DNA from: an uncultured Gemmatimonadota bacterium
GTDB lineage: Bacteria > Gemmatimonadota > CAZMKB01
Length of the DNA stretch: 32,769 bases
Direction of reading: 5' to 3'
Assembly (NCBI GenBank): GCA_964566685.1
Contig: CAZMKB010000006.1
Span: forward strand, 1-32,769
The notes below the pieces were generated by a model. The model ran no database searches, had not been told where the DNA came from, and saw nothing but the letters and a program-made list of their open reading frames with translations. Shown in pieces: positions 8,301 to 15,605 of the stretch. Numbering within the stretch: the first letter of the stretch is position 1; each line of letters starts with the position of its first letter. The position numbers and the translations under genes were made by a program.

Positions 8301-8612
8301 CACGATGTCTTCGTCTCTCACCGATTCCTTGAGAATCGTCCCCACCTGCACCAGCACCCTGTCTCCGATCAGGTGACCGTACGCGTCGTTGATCTCCTTG
8401 AACCTGTTCACATCTATCATCATGAGAGAGAATTTCTTTCCGTGCTTCCTGCAGCGTTTTTCCTCCTCGTCGAGGCGCAGCCGGAAGTAGCGGCGGTTGA
8501 AGAGCCCCGTGAGATCGTCCATCAGGACCAGCTGCCGGAGCTTTTTCGGATCCCAGAACTCCCCCTGTTCGTGCGACGACGTGTCCTTCCTCTTTTCATC
8601 GGAAAAGAGCAT
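5349..8612 (-). CDS. Multidomain signalling protein: N-terminal GGDEF domain (A-site AGDEF, I-site RDED), P-loop NTPase (AAA_16/STAND-like), long TPR array
   Basis: 1087 aa. GGDEF domain: DDLTGLFNRRYF...D(+9 after N)...RDEDIVCRWAGDEFVVIL. AGDEF is encoded at 8277-8291, and RxxD lies 5 residues upstream as in the classic I-site. Walker A is GELGLGKT (7878-7901). Walker B-like is VVMIIEDIHWAD. The C-terminal roughly 600 aa are TPR-like repeats. The 3' end overlaps the convergent GT-C gene by 21 nt. Confidence 0.85.
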   Translation of the reverse strand: MLFSDEKRKDTSSHEQGEFWDPKKLRQLVLMDDLTGLFNRRYFRLRLDEEEKRCRKHGKKFSLMMIDVNRFKEINDAYGHLIGDRVLVQVGTILKESVRDEDIVCRWAGDEFVVILPEAMEKEAFSIARRIVRNVRTYSWEEKCEARLEDVSVSLGFAVFPEDAVDLVSLLEFADQALYLSKTRGKPVRVRHTDGGNRKSKSRDRVPMVFGKKWELDLLLKGVGRAEAGDPGFFLVRGELGLGKTFLMEQVAREVAHRKMLTLRGKCNEETAEVPLAPFKDLLTHSLANEQESRIIDAVDLPDASLVELARLAPRWVRASSLPKTRRGTGGRDRFLVFEAFRQFLMKLAEAVGVVMIIEDIHWADVTSLSLLHFLSRTMESGRIMIVCTCRPAADSPERSQNALAQRELQAMEREGRYRKIALRSLSKQESLAMIRTLLKGEETEERVMEELSRLTEGNPFFIRGMVDYLKKSQKQPGLISDLPPTIQEATNRRIEKMSPEARKAFQAASVLGNEFEFDVLLTILQTNEGFLLDIIDEGIQGNIIQEVREFNGDRYVFVQNFIAHALYAGIPETTKVELHRRAAAAIEQYDPHGVEERSEELAHHFEAGGDHGKAFEYAVRAARKARDLFAYDEAVVFYGKALKLYRSGGKWFGDEHLLILHEERGLVHQQIGDYRRAQRDIESVLELSTALGDERKLGMALKNLASISIFKREFEAAYDYSMRTLRHAIGTGDDGLKAESLAAFGNIYLFSGEYDRALKFYDRALEMDRRQPDQLRLSKIFMNMGVIYWYKEERDRAEAYYRKTLRILEEAGNKTYQPLCRNNLAIIALQRGQYENALSLAERALENAKETGNRIIEAYSYNNISEIFQRIGDYSKAYEWSRKAIDHIKQVKDQGSKSDFIRNRGMAGYFLGDPRKARRDLERALVLSRNTGKKEYEMNDLFWLIRINTEEGSLDTARQYLTEFEALASNRKSREYTVKFMIATLILMQAEGRAREALDRLGTVRLDAGELDPYLELLYHYQNARLLREIGRLAAGKREIDKALRIAGSISRKFKDRKMRECFRRSRDVVRVRELAGSFSSPISGQ

Positions 8613-8827
8613 CGATGAGAATTCGCCTCCAAATTTTCATGGTGAATGGGCTGAAGCTGCCCGGGCTGAACACCATGTGAAATTGCAAGATTCAGTCCAC
8701 CCGGGGCGGAGGATGCCCTCCTCTGCTCGGACTGCCGGCCCGAATTCGCGCATCGAGTGAGCTGAGCCGTGGTGTTCCTGTTGAAGACTACCGGACCAGG
8801 AGGATATCCGGCTTTGCTACAAAATTG

Positions 8828-8856
8828 TTGACAACATCCGTATTGTTTGGTACGAT
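8828..8856 (+). promoter_or_regulatory. Sigma70-type promoter candidate for the small secreted protein / BNR gene pair
   Basis: TTGACA (8828-8833), a 17-nt spacer, then TACGAT (8851-8856). The -35 is embedded in the 11-nt palindrome TGTTGACAACA (8826-8836). Confidence 0.45.
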
Positions 8857-8912
8857 TGAAACATCTCGGGGCTGACACTCTCTCCAGATTTACTTTTCGC
8901 ATGGAGGGCATC

Positions 8913-9331
8913 ATGCAGAAGTATCTTCTCTTTTTCGCAGCGATTCTCTCTCTCTCTCTCTGTTGACCGGTACCGTCTACGCAGAGGATGATCCGGATCC
9001 TCTTCCTGATATCATCATCCAGGTCGCAGTTCCGGATACCGTCGACATCTGGGACCGGTTCGATGTAACCATAAAGGTGTGGAATATGGAAGACACGACT
9101 GTGGTCGTCACCGCGTTCGACAGCTTCTTCGATCCTTCGCTTGGGTGGTACATCGGTCAACCGAAAAACCTAACACTCACTGCAAACAGGGATACTACTT
9201 ACGCGGGGCTTGGTTCACCTCATTTAGCAACCCTGGAAGGTACCTGGAAATTTTCTGCGTCCGTCAGTTTTGCGGAGGAAGAAGGTGACATCATCGACCG
9301 AGACTATAGAGAAACTGTAGTCATCGAGTGA
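8913..9331 (+). pseudogene. Small secreted beta-sandwich-like protein, reading frame interrupted inside the signal-peptide region by a (TC)8 tract
   Basis: ATG 8913 has GGAGGG 5 nt upstream and encodes MQKYLLFFAAILSLSLC, then a stop at 8964-8966. The 122-aa ORF 8963..9331 (LTGTVYAEDDPDPLPDIIIQVAVPD...) continues in another frame. Removing one TC unit gives MQKYLLFFAAILSLSLLTGTVYA/EDD..., a textbook signal peptide with an AxA-like cleavage site. Confidence 0.7.
8945..8961. repeat. Dinucleotide simple-sequence repeat (TC)8+T
   Basis: Read directly from the sequence: ttctctctctctctctctctg. It is the only long dinucleotide tract I noticed in the window, and it sits exactly at the frame break of the 8913-9331 gene. 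Confidence 0.95.
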
Positions 9332-9405
9332 AACTGAGTACCATGTCAGCCCCGGGATCACCGTTTTCATGGTATTCTGTGAATCCATCCTTTACGGAGG
9401 ACATC

Positions 9406-11544
9406 GTGCGAAAGAAGCTGACACTCTCTTTGTCTCTGTTCGTAACTGCTCTCTTCGTCCACACAGGTGTGCTCCCCGGTCAGCCAGTCGGGCCCCGGTT
9501 CCTCGAGAGGGGGATTCTTCTCCTCGAGCGGACCGGGACGGGAATTCATCTGTACCCCGAGGGGCCGGCGCTTCACGGGTTCGACCCGGCATCGGCGGGG
9601 CCCGGCGGCGACGTCCCGGGAGACGACATGCGCTCCATAAGGTCCTGGACGAGCGCGCATGGTCCGTATGGCGGGTACATCACCGGACTCACCGTCGATC
9701 CTCAGGATCCTTCAACGATGTATGTGGGCGGCATGGCGTTCGGCCTGTTCAAATCAACCGACGCCGGGGAAACATGGCTGCCGAAGCGAAACGGAATCGT
9801 CTGCGACTGGGTGAACCAGATCGACGTCTTCCCGGGGAATACGAACATCGTCGCAGCAGCCTCGTTCGAGCGGCTGAAGTGGAACGAGGGGGACGTGTAC
9901 GGCTCGATCGACGGTGGTGAGTCCTGGTTCTCCCTCGGTCTCGAGGGGATCGGGTGGTGGAGAGCCGTCCACCTAACGAGAAAGGACCCGCGTCGAATTC
10001 TCGCCGGTGGCGAGGCGGGGATCTATCTCAGCACGGATGCGGGCAAGTCCTGGTCCCACCGGAGCGGTACGACGACGGCCTGGCAGTTCACGAGCGATCC
10101 GTCGAGTCCCGACACCATCTACGCGGGTGGAGGACTGGGGAACAGGTACCGGAGCACCGACGGCGGCGAGAGCTGGAGTGATTTCGCCCAGTCCATTCCC
10201 AGTGACAACCTCTCCGGTGTCGCGGTCGACCCCGGCAATCCGAACACCATCTATTGCTCAGCCTTCTCTTTCCCTGTTGCTGACGGCACCGAGGGTGTAT
10301 ACAGGAGTACGGATTTCGGTGCATCCTGGTCACACATACTCACACAGAATGCGTGGACGATCAGGATCGACCCGTCGAACCCGGAGATGATCTGGGCGGG
10401 TGGAGCAGGGCCGTCATATCTCACCGATCCGAGAGTGTGGAGGAGCACGAACGGTGGTGCGACGTGGACCCAGTACGAGCTCGAAATCGAGCACTATTTC
10501 GCCCCTTCGGTGCACGTACTCGAGGTCGATCCCGGAAACGGGGATGAGGTGTACGTGGGGCTCTATAACGCCGGAGTCATGAGAACGACCGACGGAGGTT
10601 CCACCTGGGAGGACAGGAGCTCGGGACTGTCGGGCACGCTCATGAACTGTATCGCCGTTCATCCTTCCGAGCCGGCGACCATCTACGCAGGGACGTGGCA
10701 GGCCGAGCTCTGGAAGACGACCGACGGAGGAGATTCCTGGTTCTGGTCTTCGAACGGGCTCGACGACATCAATCACTCCGTCATGGATGTGGTCGTCGAC
10801 CCCAATGACCCAGGGACGCTCTTCATGGGAGCGGACAACAGCGGCATCTATCGATCGACCGACGGCGGGAACAGCTGGATCAACGTCTACCCCACCTATG
10901 ACCGGGTCTCCTCCGTCGCCATCAGCCCCCATGACTCGGAGGAGATCTGGGCCGGGAAAATCGGTGGTATCCTCAAATCCGTGGATGGTGGGGACACATG
11001 GGATAACATGCTGCCGGGGTACGCAACGAGTGTCGTTGCCGTGAGCCCGTTCGATCCGGAGCTCGTCTGTGCGGGAAATCTTGCACTCTCCGGGGGCGAC
11101 AAGGTAGTGATCTCGGTGAGCAGAAACGGGGGAGAAACCTGGGAAGAGCGCTACACGGACAGTTATGGAGGAATGATAACGTCACTGACTTTTTCCGAGG
11201 CCTATTCCGGTTTCATCTATGCGACGAGTCTCAATCACAACGTGATCAAGAGCTTTGACGCCGGCTTCACCTGGATTCCAGATTACGGTGGCTTCGATCC
11301 CGGTGGGAGAATCCAGGGGATCGCGGCCGATCCGCTTCGCCACAACACGGTCTATGCCGCAGTGAACGATGACAGGGGATTTTACGCGAGCTTCGACGGT
11401 GGAACCACGTGGTATCCCTTCAACGATGGCCTGTGGGTACGGTCTCTCATCACGCTCGAGGTGAATCCTCTCGGGAGCTACCAGATATTCTACACCGGCA
11501 CGAGCGGAGACGGCATCAGTTACAACTATATCCGGTTGCCCTGA
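9406..11544 (+). CDS. Secreted BNR/Asp-box repeat protein, probably tandem beta-propellers (VPS10/sortilin- or GH74-like fold class)
   Basis: ORF 9328..11544, trimmed to GTG 9406, which has GGAGG (9396-9400) 5 nt upstream and starts VRKKLTLSLSLFVTALFVHTGVLPG (signal-like). It carries 13 copies of the Asp-box S/T-x-D/N-x-G-x-x-W: STDAGETW, SIDGGESW, STDAGKSW, STDGGESW, STDFGASW, STNGGATW, TTDGGSTW, TTDGGDSW, STDGGNSW, SVDGGDTW, SRNGGETW, SFDAGFTW, SFDGGTTW. Confidence 0.8.
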   Translation: MRKKLTLSLSLFVTALFVHTGVLPGQPVGPRFLERGILLLERTGTGIHLYPEGPALHGFDPASAGPGGDVPGDDMRSIRSWTSAHGPYGGYITGLTVDPQDPSTMYVGGMAFGLFKSTDAGETWLPKRNGIVCDWVNQIDVFPGNTNIVAAASFERLKWNEGDVYGSIDGGESWFSLGLEGIGWWRAVHLTRKDPRRILAGGEAGIYLSTDAGKSWSHRSGTTTAWQFTSDPSSPDTIYAGGGLGNRYRSTDGGESWSDFAQSIPSDNLSGVAVDPGNPNTIYCSAFSFPVADGTEGVYRSTDFGASWSHILTQNAWTIRIDPSNPEMIWAGGAGPSYLTDPRVWRSTNGGATWTQYELEIEHYFAPSVHVLEVDPGNGDEVYVGLYNAGVMRTTDGGSTWEDRSSGLSGTLMNCIAVHPSEPATIYAGTWQAELWKTTDGGDSWFWSSNGLDDINHSVMDVVVDPNDPGTLFMGADNSGIYRSTDGGNSWINVYPTYDRVSSVAISPHDSEEIWAGKIGGILKSVDGGDTWDNMLPGYATSVVAVSPFDPELVCAGNLALSGGDKVVISVSRNGGETWEERYTDSYGGMITSLTFSEAYSGFIYATSLNHNVIKSFDAGFTWIPDYGGFDPGGRIQGIAADPLRHNTVYAAVNDDRGFYASFDGGTTWYPFNDGLWVRSLITLEVNPLGSYQIFYTGTSGDGISYNYIRLP

Positions 11545-11600
11545 TTGATCCACGCCGAGACCGGCAGACTCGCATCGGAGACATCCCCCGCCCGGACAGA

Positions 11601-11629
11601 TTGACGAACCGGTGCGATCCTCGTATCTT
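11601..11629 (+). promoter_or_regulatory. Sigma70-type promoter candidate for the DPP III-like gene
   Basis: TTGACG (11601-11606), a 17-nt spacer, then TATCTT (11624-11629). Confidence 0.4.
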
Positions 11630-11694
11630 TGAGTGGCGTCACCGTCACCGTGAGCCGTTTCCGCAAACGGTCGGATCCCGAACCGGAGGATGTC

Positions 11695-13377
11695 ATGAAA
11701 GTTACCGCGCTCTTCCTGCTCTTCCTCATGATCCTCTCCTGCGGTCAGCCGGAGCAGAAGAAGGAGGAGGAAGAGGAATACACCATCGATGGTCTCGAAG
11801 TGAAGCCGCCGGAGTACGTTCAGGGACAGCTCCGAAAATTCGCAGCCACCGACATCGAATACGACGAGAGCCTCCTGGACGACACCCAGCCACAGGTCCT
11901 CGAAAAACTGGTCGAAGCAGCCGGGTACATGGACGAGATCTTCCTCCGGCAGGTCTATGACCGCAATGTGGAGATCAGGGAGACGCTCAGAAAGAGCACG
12001 AATCCGGCTGCCGATCTGTATCTCGATTACTTCCTCATCAATTTCGGTCCCTTCGACCGCCTCGAGGACAACATCCCGTTCATCGGAAACGAGGAGAGGC
12101 CGCACGGTGCCGCATTCTACCCGGAGGACATGACGAAGGAGGAGTTCGAGACCTGGCTTGAAACGCATCCCGAGGACAGGGAGGCGTTCGAGAGCAACTT
12201 CACGGTCATCAAGCGTGACGGGACAGTGCTCTCCGCCGTCCCCTACTCGGAGGAGTACCGTGAATTCCTGGAGCCGGCCGCCCGGGCACTGCGTGAGGCG
12301 GCCTCGCTGACGGAGAATGAATCGCTCGCGGCATATCTCGAGAAGAGGGCGGACGCATTCCTCTCCAACGATTACTACGAGAGCGACATGGCCTGGATGG
12401 ACATGCACGACAACCTGGTCGATCCGACGATCGGGCCGTACGAAGTCTACGAGGATCGCCTGATGGGATACAAGGCGGCGTTCGAGGCCTTCATCACGCT
12501 CAAGGACATCGAGGAGAGCAGGAAGTTCGCGGAGTTCGGTATGTATCTGCCCGAGCTCGAGATGAATCTGCCCATCCCCGAGGAGTACAAGAACACGAAA
12601 CGCGGTCTCGCATCTCCCACGAGCGTCGCGACCGAGGTGTTCACAGCCGGTGACACGAAGGCGGGAGTGCAGACGATAGCGTTCAACCTCCCCAATGACG
12701 AGCGCGTGCGCGAAGCGAAGGGGAGCAAAAAGGTCATGCTGAAGAACGTCATCCGGGCGAAATTCGACAGGATCCTCGTTCCGATCGGGGCTCTCGTCCT
12801 GGAAGAAGAGCTGCACGACCAGGTGAATTTCGATTCCTATTTCTACCAGACCTACATGCACGAGATGGCTCACGGGCTGGGCCCCGGCAGGATCGTCGTC
12901 GACGGAACCGAGACCACCGTCAACAGGGAGCTGAAGGAGCACTACTCGGTCATCGAAGAGGCGAAGGCCGATATCGTCGGACTGTTGAACGTGTTCTACT
13001 TCTACGACCGGGGTCTCCTCGAGCAGGACCACAGGCAGACGCTCACGACGTTTCTCGCCGGGCTGTTTCGCTCGATCAGATTCGGGGTACACGAGGCGCA
13101 CGGCGGGGCGAACCTCATCGAGCTGAATTACCTGCGAGAGAAGGGTCACATTTCCTACGATCCCGAAAGCCGCCTCTACCGGATCGATTTCGAAACCGCG
13201 GCGGAGGGTGTTCGTGACCTCGCCCGGGAGTTCCTCATCATCGAGGCGCTCGGAGACTACGAGTCGGCTGCGCTGTTCATCGACCGCTACGGCACCGTCG
13301 GCGAAGATGTCGAGGACATCCTCGAGAAGCTCACGGAGATTCCGGTCGACATCGAACCGCAGTTCGAGATCAGGTGA
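11695..13377 (+). CDS. Dipeptidyl-peptidase III-like (M49-type) zinc metallopeptidase, lipoprotein form
   Basis: ORF 11629..13377, trimmed to ATG 11695, which has GGAGGA upstream. It starts MKVTALFLLFLMILSCGQP (lipobox ILSC). Zinc motifs are YMHEMAHGLGPG (HExxH) and VIEEAKADIVGL (EEAKAD). I recall this pairing from the atypical Caldithrix/plant NUDT3-type DPP III branch, as opposed to HExxGH/EECRAE. Confidence 0.65.
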   Translation: MKVTALFLLFLMILSCGQPEQKKEEEEEYTIDGLEVKPPEYVQGQLRKFAATDIEYDESLLDDTQPQVLEKLVEAAGYMDEIFLRQVYDRNVEIRETLRKSTNPAADLYLDYFLINFGPFDRLEDNIPFIGNEERPHGAAFYPEDMTKEEFETWLETHPEDREAFESNFTVIKRDGTVLSAVPYSEEYREFLEPAARALREAASLTENESLAAYLEKRADAFLSNDYYESDMAWMDMHDNLVDPTIGPYEVYEDRLMGYKAAFEAFITLKDIEESRKFAEFGMYLPELEMNLPIPEEYKNTKRGLASPTSVATEVFTAGDTKAGVQTIAFNLPNDERVREAKGSKKVMLKNVIRAKFDRILVPIGALVLEEELHDQVNFDSYFYQTYMHEMAHGLGPGRIVVDGTETTVNRELKEHYSVIEEAKADIVGLLNVFYFYDRGLLEQDHRQTLTTFLAGLFRSIRFGVHEAHGGANLIELNYLREKGHISYDPESRLYRIDFETAAEGVRDLAREFLIIEALGDYESAALFIDRYGTVGEDVEDILEKLTEIPVDIEPQFEIR

Positions 13378-14146
13378 GCAGAGGCCAGAGGAGGAGCAGA
13401 CCCAGCGGCCACAGGTAGTAGGAAAACAAGTGGAATTTCCCCCGGTGCAGCGCTTTGACGAGAATTCTCAGAGCAAGGTATCCGACGACGGTCGAGGTGA
13501 GAATCCCCGTGAGGAACGGGAGCGCCCCGATGTCGTTGTGGTGATACTGCAGCACGACCTCGAGGGCGTTGGCTCCGAGAATCGCGGGGATGGCAAGCAG
13601 GAACGAAAAACGTGCAGCGGTGGAACGCTCGACTCCCAGGAGGAGGGCCGCCGAAATGGTGAGCCCCGATCGGGACAGTCCCGGGATGATGGCGAGCGCC
13701 TGGGCGATTCCGATCAGGAGGGCATCACGGAACGTCATCCCCTCCACCTCCCTGCCTCCCTCGAGGGCACGGTGCCTCACGGAGTGAAGCACGACACCCG
13801 TGAGAATCAGAGTCCCTCCCACGAGCGATGTCGACGAGAACATGTTTTCGAGAAACAGCGCCACGAACAACCCCGCCACGACCGCCGGTATGGAGCCGGC
13901 GACGATGAGAAGGACGATGTGCCGTGCACTGTCACGGTGCGCTTCTTCCCCCCGGAGACCCCGCAGGATGCCGAGTAGATCCCGCCGGAAGTAGACGACG
14001 ATCGCGATGAGGGTTCCCAGATGAAGAGCCGCATCGAAGAGGAGCTCGGGCTCGTCGAACCCGAGCCATTCCTGGAGAATGACGAGGTGACCGGAGCTCG
14101 AGATCGGCAGGAACTCTGTCAAGCCCTGGAGGATACCCAGAAGCAT
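13370..14146 (-). CDS. uppP: Undecaprenyl-diphosphate phosphatase (BacA/UppP)
   Basis: 258 aa polytopic membrane protein. N-terminus is MLLGILQGLTEFLPISSSGHLVILQ, the hallmark EFLP(I/V)SS(S/T)GH motif. A second conserved block is GIAQALAIIPGLSRSG. The 3' end overlaps the convergent DPP III-like gene by 8 nt. Confidence 0.9.
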   Translation of the reverse strand: MLLGILQGLTEFLPISSSGHLVILQEWLGFDEPELLFDAALHLGTLIAIVVYFRRDLLGILRGLRGEEAHRDSARHIVLLIVAGSIPAVVAGLFVALFLENMFSSTSLVGGTLILTGVVLHSVRHRALEGGREVEGMTFRDALLIGIAQALAIIPGLSRSGLTISAALLLGVERSTAARFSFLLAIPAILGANALEVVLQYHHNDIGALPFLTGILTSTVVGYLALRILVKALHRGKFHLFSYYLWPLGLLLLWPLLT

Positions 14147-14222
14147 TGCCCGCAGCGGATCTATGTTGTATCCTCTCTCCTGGTGCTGTCGAACTCCCCT
14201 TCACGCCGTAAGACCGGCCCGG

Positions 14223-15605
14223 TTACGTGCTGGAGCTTTCAGCCGAATCCCGGTGTTCGAGCGGAAGGAAGACGGTGAAGCTGGTTCCTTCACCCTCGAC
14301 ACTCTCTACCTGAATCGATCCCCGGTGTGCGTCGACGATCCTTTTCACGATGGCGAGGCCCAGGCCGAGACCGTCGGAGGATCCGCCTCTGCCCGATTGC
14401 ACGAATCTCTCGAAGATCCGCTCTTTCATGTCATCCGGTATGCCGATACCCTGATCCCGGATTGATATGCCGATGAAACCTTCCCCCATCAGCCCGTCGT
14501 CCCGTTCGATGGAGATCGTGTCTCCGTCGTGGGAGAACTTGATGGCATTGTGGATGAGATTGATGAAGAGCTGCGAAAGACGCCGGCGATCGCCGTGGAT
14601 GAACGGGACCTCCTCTCCCAGCCGATTCACGATCTCGATTTCCCTGTCGCGGGCGATGGGATACGTCTCGGAGACACTTTGCTCGAGCATGTTCTTTACA
14701 TCGACCGGTTCCACTTCGAGCTCGACGGACCGGGACTCGAACCTCACCAGCTCGAGGAGGTCGTCGATCAGGAGTTCGAGCTTCTTCCCGCTCAGAAAGA
14801 GCGTCTCGACCAGCTGTTTCTGATTCATGTTCAGCGTACCGAAGGAATCTCCCCGCAGTGCTTCGGACGTAGTGAGAATCGGGGTGAGCGGTGTCCGCAG
14901 CTCGTGAGACAGATTCTCGAAGAACTCCTTCCGGGCTCGTGAAGTTTCCGACAGCTCACTGAAGGCCCGCTCGAGCTGGCGGGAGCTCCGCTTCAGACGT
15001 TCGACTTCGGACTGGAGATCTTCATTCCGATCAGCGAGATCGCGATGATCCTCCGACACCCTGCGAAGTTGTGACCGCGCTTTCGCCAGTGCGAGAAGCT
15101 GTACGAAAAAGAGCGCCGCGAACGGTGAAACCATCAGAGCCTCGTCCACATCCCGTTCCGAGTACATCCACTCTGCGGACCTGCCCAGAACCAGGGCACC
15201 GGTGATCGTCCCCCGGATGAAGAGAGGAAACGCCAGGATGGAATAGTCCGGTACGGCAGGGAGGGGGTGACCGGATTCGGGATCCCGTCCGTTGACAAAC
15301 ACACCGAGCCCGGTCTCCACGACATCGGCTGCGATCATGTTCGTCCACCTCGCCTGATTCTGAAGAGCCTCCGGCAGCTTCCGGCTGGCGACCCGGTTCA
15401 CCTTCTTCCGGGCGTGATTCACCGAGAAGAGCACGCTCCACGATGCCTCGAAGTACTGCTCGAACGCGCAGTTGATCACGGACGGCGAGGCATCGTCCCA
15501 CCCGGCGGCAGAGAGGAGCCGGAGGAACTCCCCGATCCTGCGGTGGACTCCGGGTGAATTTCCGGTGGTGTCCCGAAGATCAGCGGAGTCGCTTTTCTCG
15601 ATCAC
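14223..15605 (-). CDS. Cytoplasmic sensor histidine kinase (GAF-like N-terminal region, HisKA, HATPase_c)
   Basis: 460 aa. H-box is LSHELRTPLTPIL, N-box is LINLIHNAIKFS, G-boxes are IRDQGIGIP and GLGLGLAIVKRIV. The GTG start overlaps the upstream kinase stop (GTGA at 15602-15605). Confidence 0.85.
   Translation of the reverse strand: MIEKSDSADLRDTTGNSPGVHRRIGEFLRLLSAAGWDDASPSVINCAFEQYFEASWSVLFSVNHARKKVNRVASRKLPEALQNQARWTNMIAADVVETGLGVFVNGRDPESGHPLPAVPDYSILAFPLFIRGTITGALVLGRSAEWMYSERDVDEALMVSPFAALFFVQLLALAKARSQLRRVSEDHRDLADRNEDLQSEVERLKRSSRQLERAFSELSETSRARKEFFENLSHELRTPLTPILTTSEALRGDSFGTLNMNQKQLVETLFLSGKKLELLIDDLLELVRFESRSVELEVEPVDVKNMLEQSVSETYPIARDREIEIVNRLGEEVPFIHGDRRRLSQLFINLIHNAIKFSHDGDTISIERDDGLMGEGFIGISIRDQGIGIPDDMKERIFERFVQSGRGGSSDGLGLGLAIVKRIVDAHRGSIQVESVEGEGTSFTVFLPLEHRDSAESSST

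Noticed and set aside
8613-8912. c-di-GMP riboswitch or other known riboswitch in the 300-nt region next to the GGDEF gene
   Set aside because: I did not recognise the conserved GEMM-type motifs. The region is adequately explained as a divergent promoter region.
8522-9160. 212-aa minus-strand ORF spanning the 8613-8912 intergenic region
   Set aside because: It runs through a divergent promoter region and antisense to the small secreted-protein gene. Its composition is unconvincing and it has no Shine-Dalgarno.
11182-13149. 655-aa ORF on the minus strand
   Set aside because: It is antisense to the 3' end of the BNR gene and most of the DPP III-like gene, which have clear motifs. It has no start context or motifs of its own.
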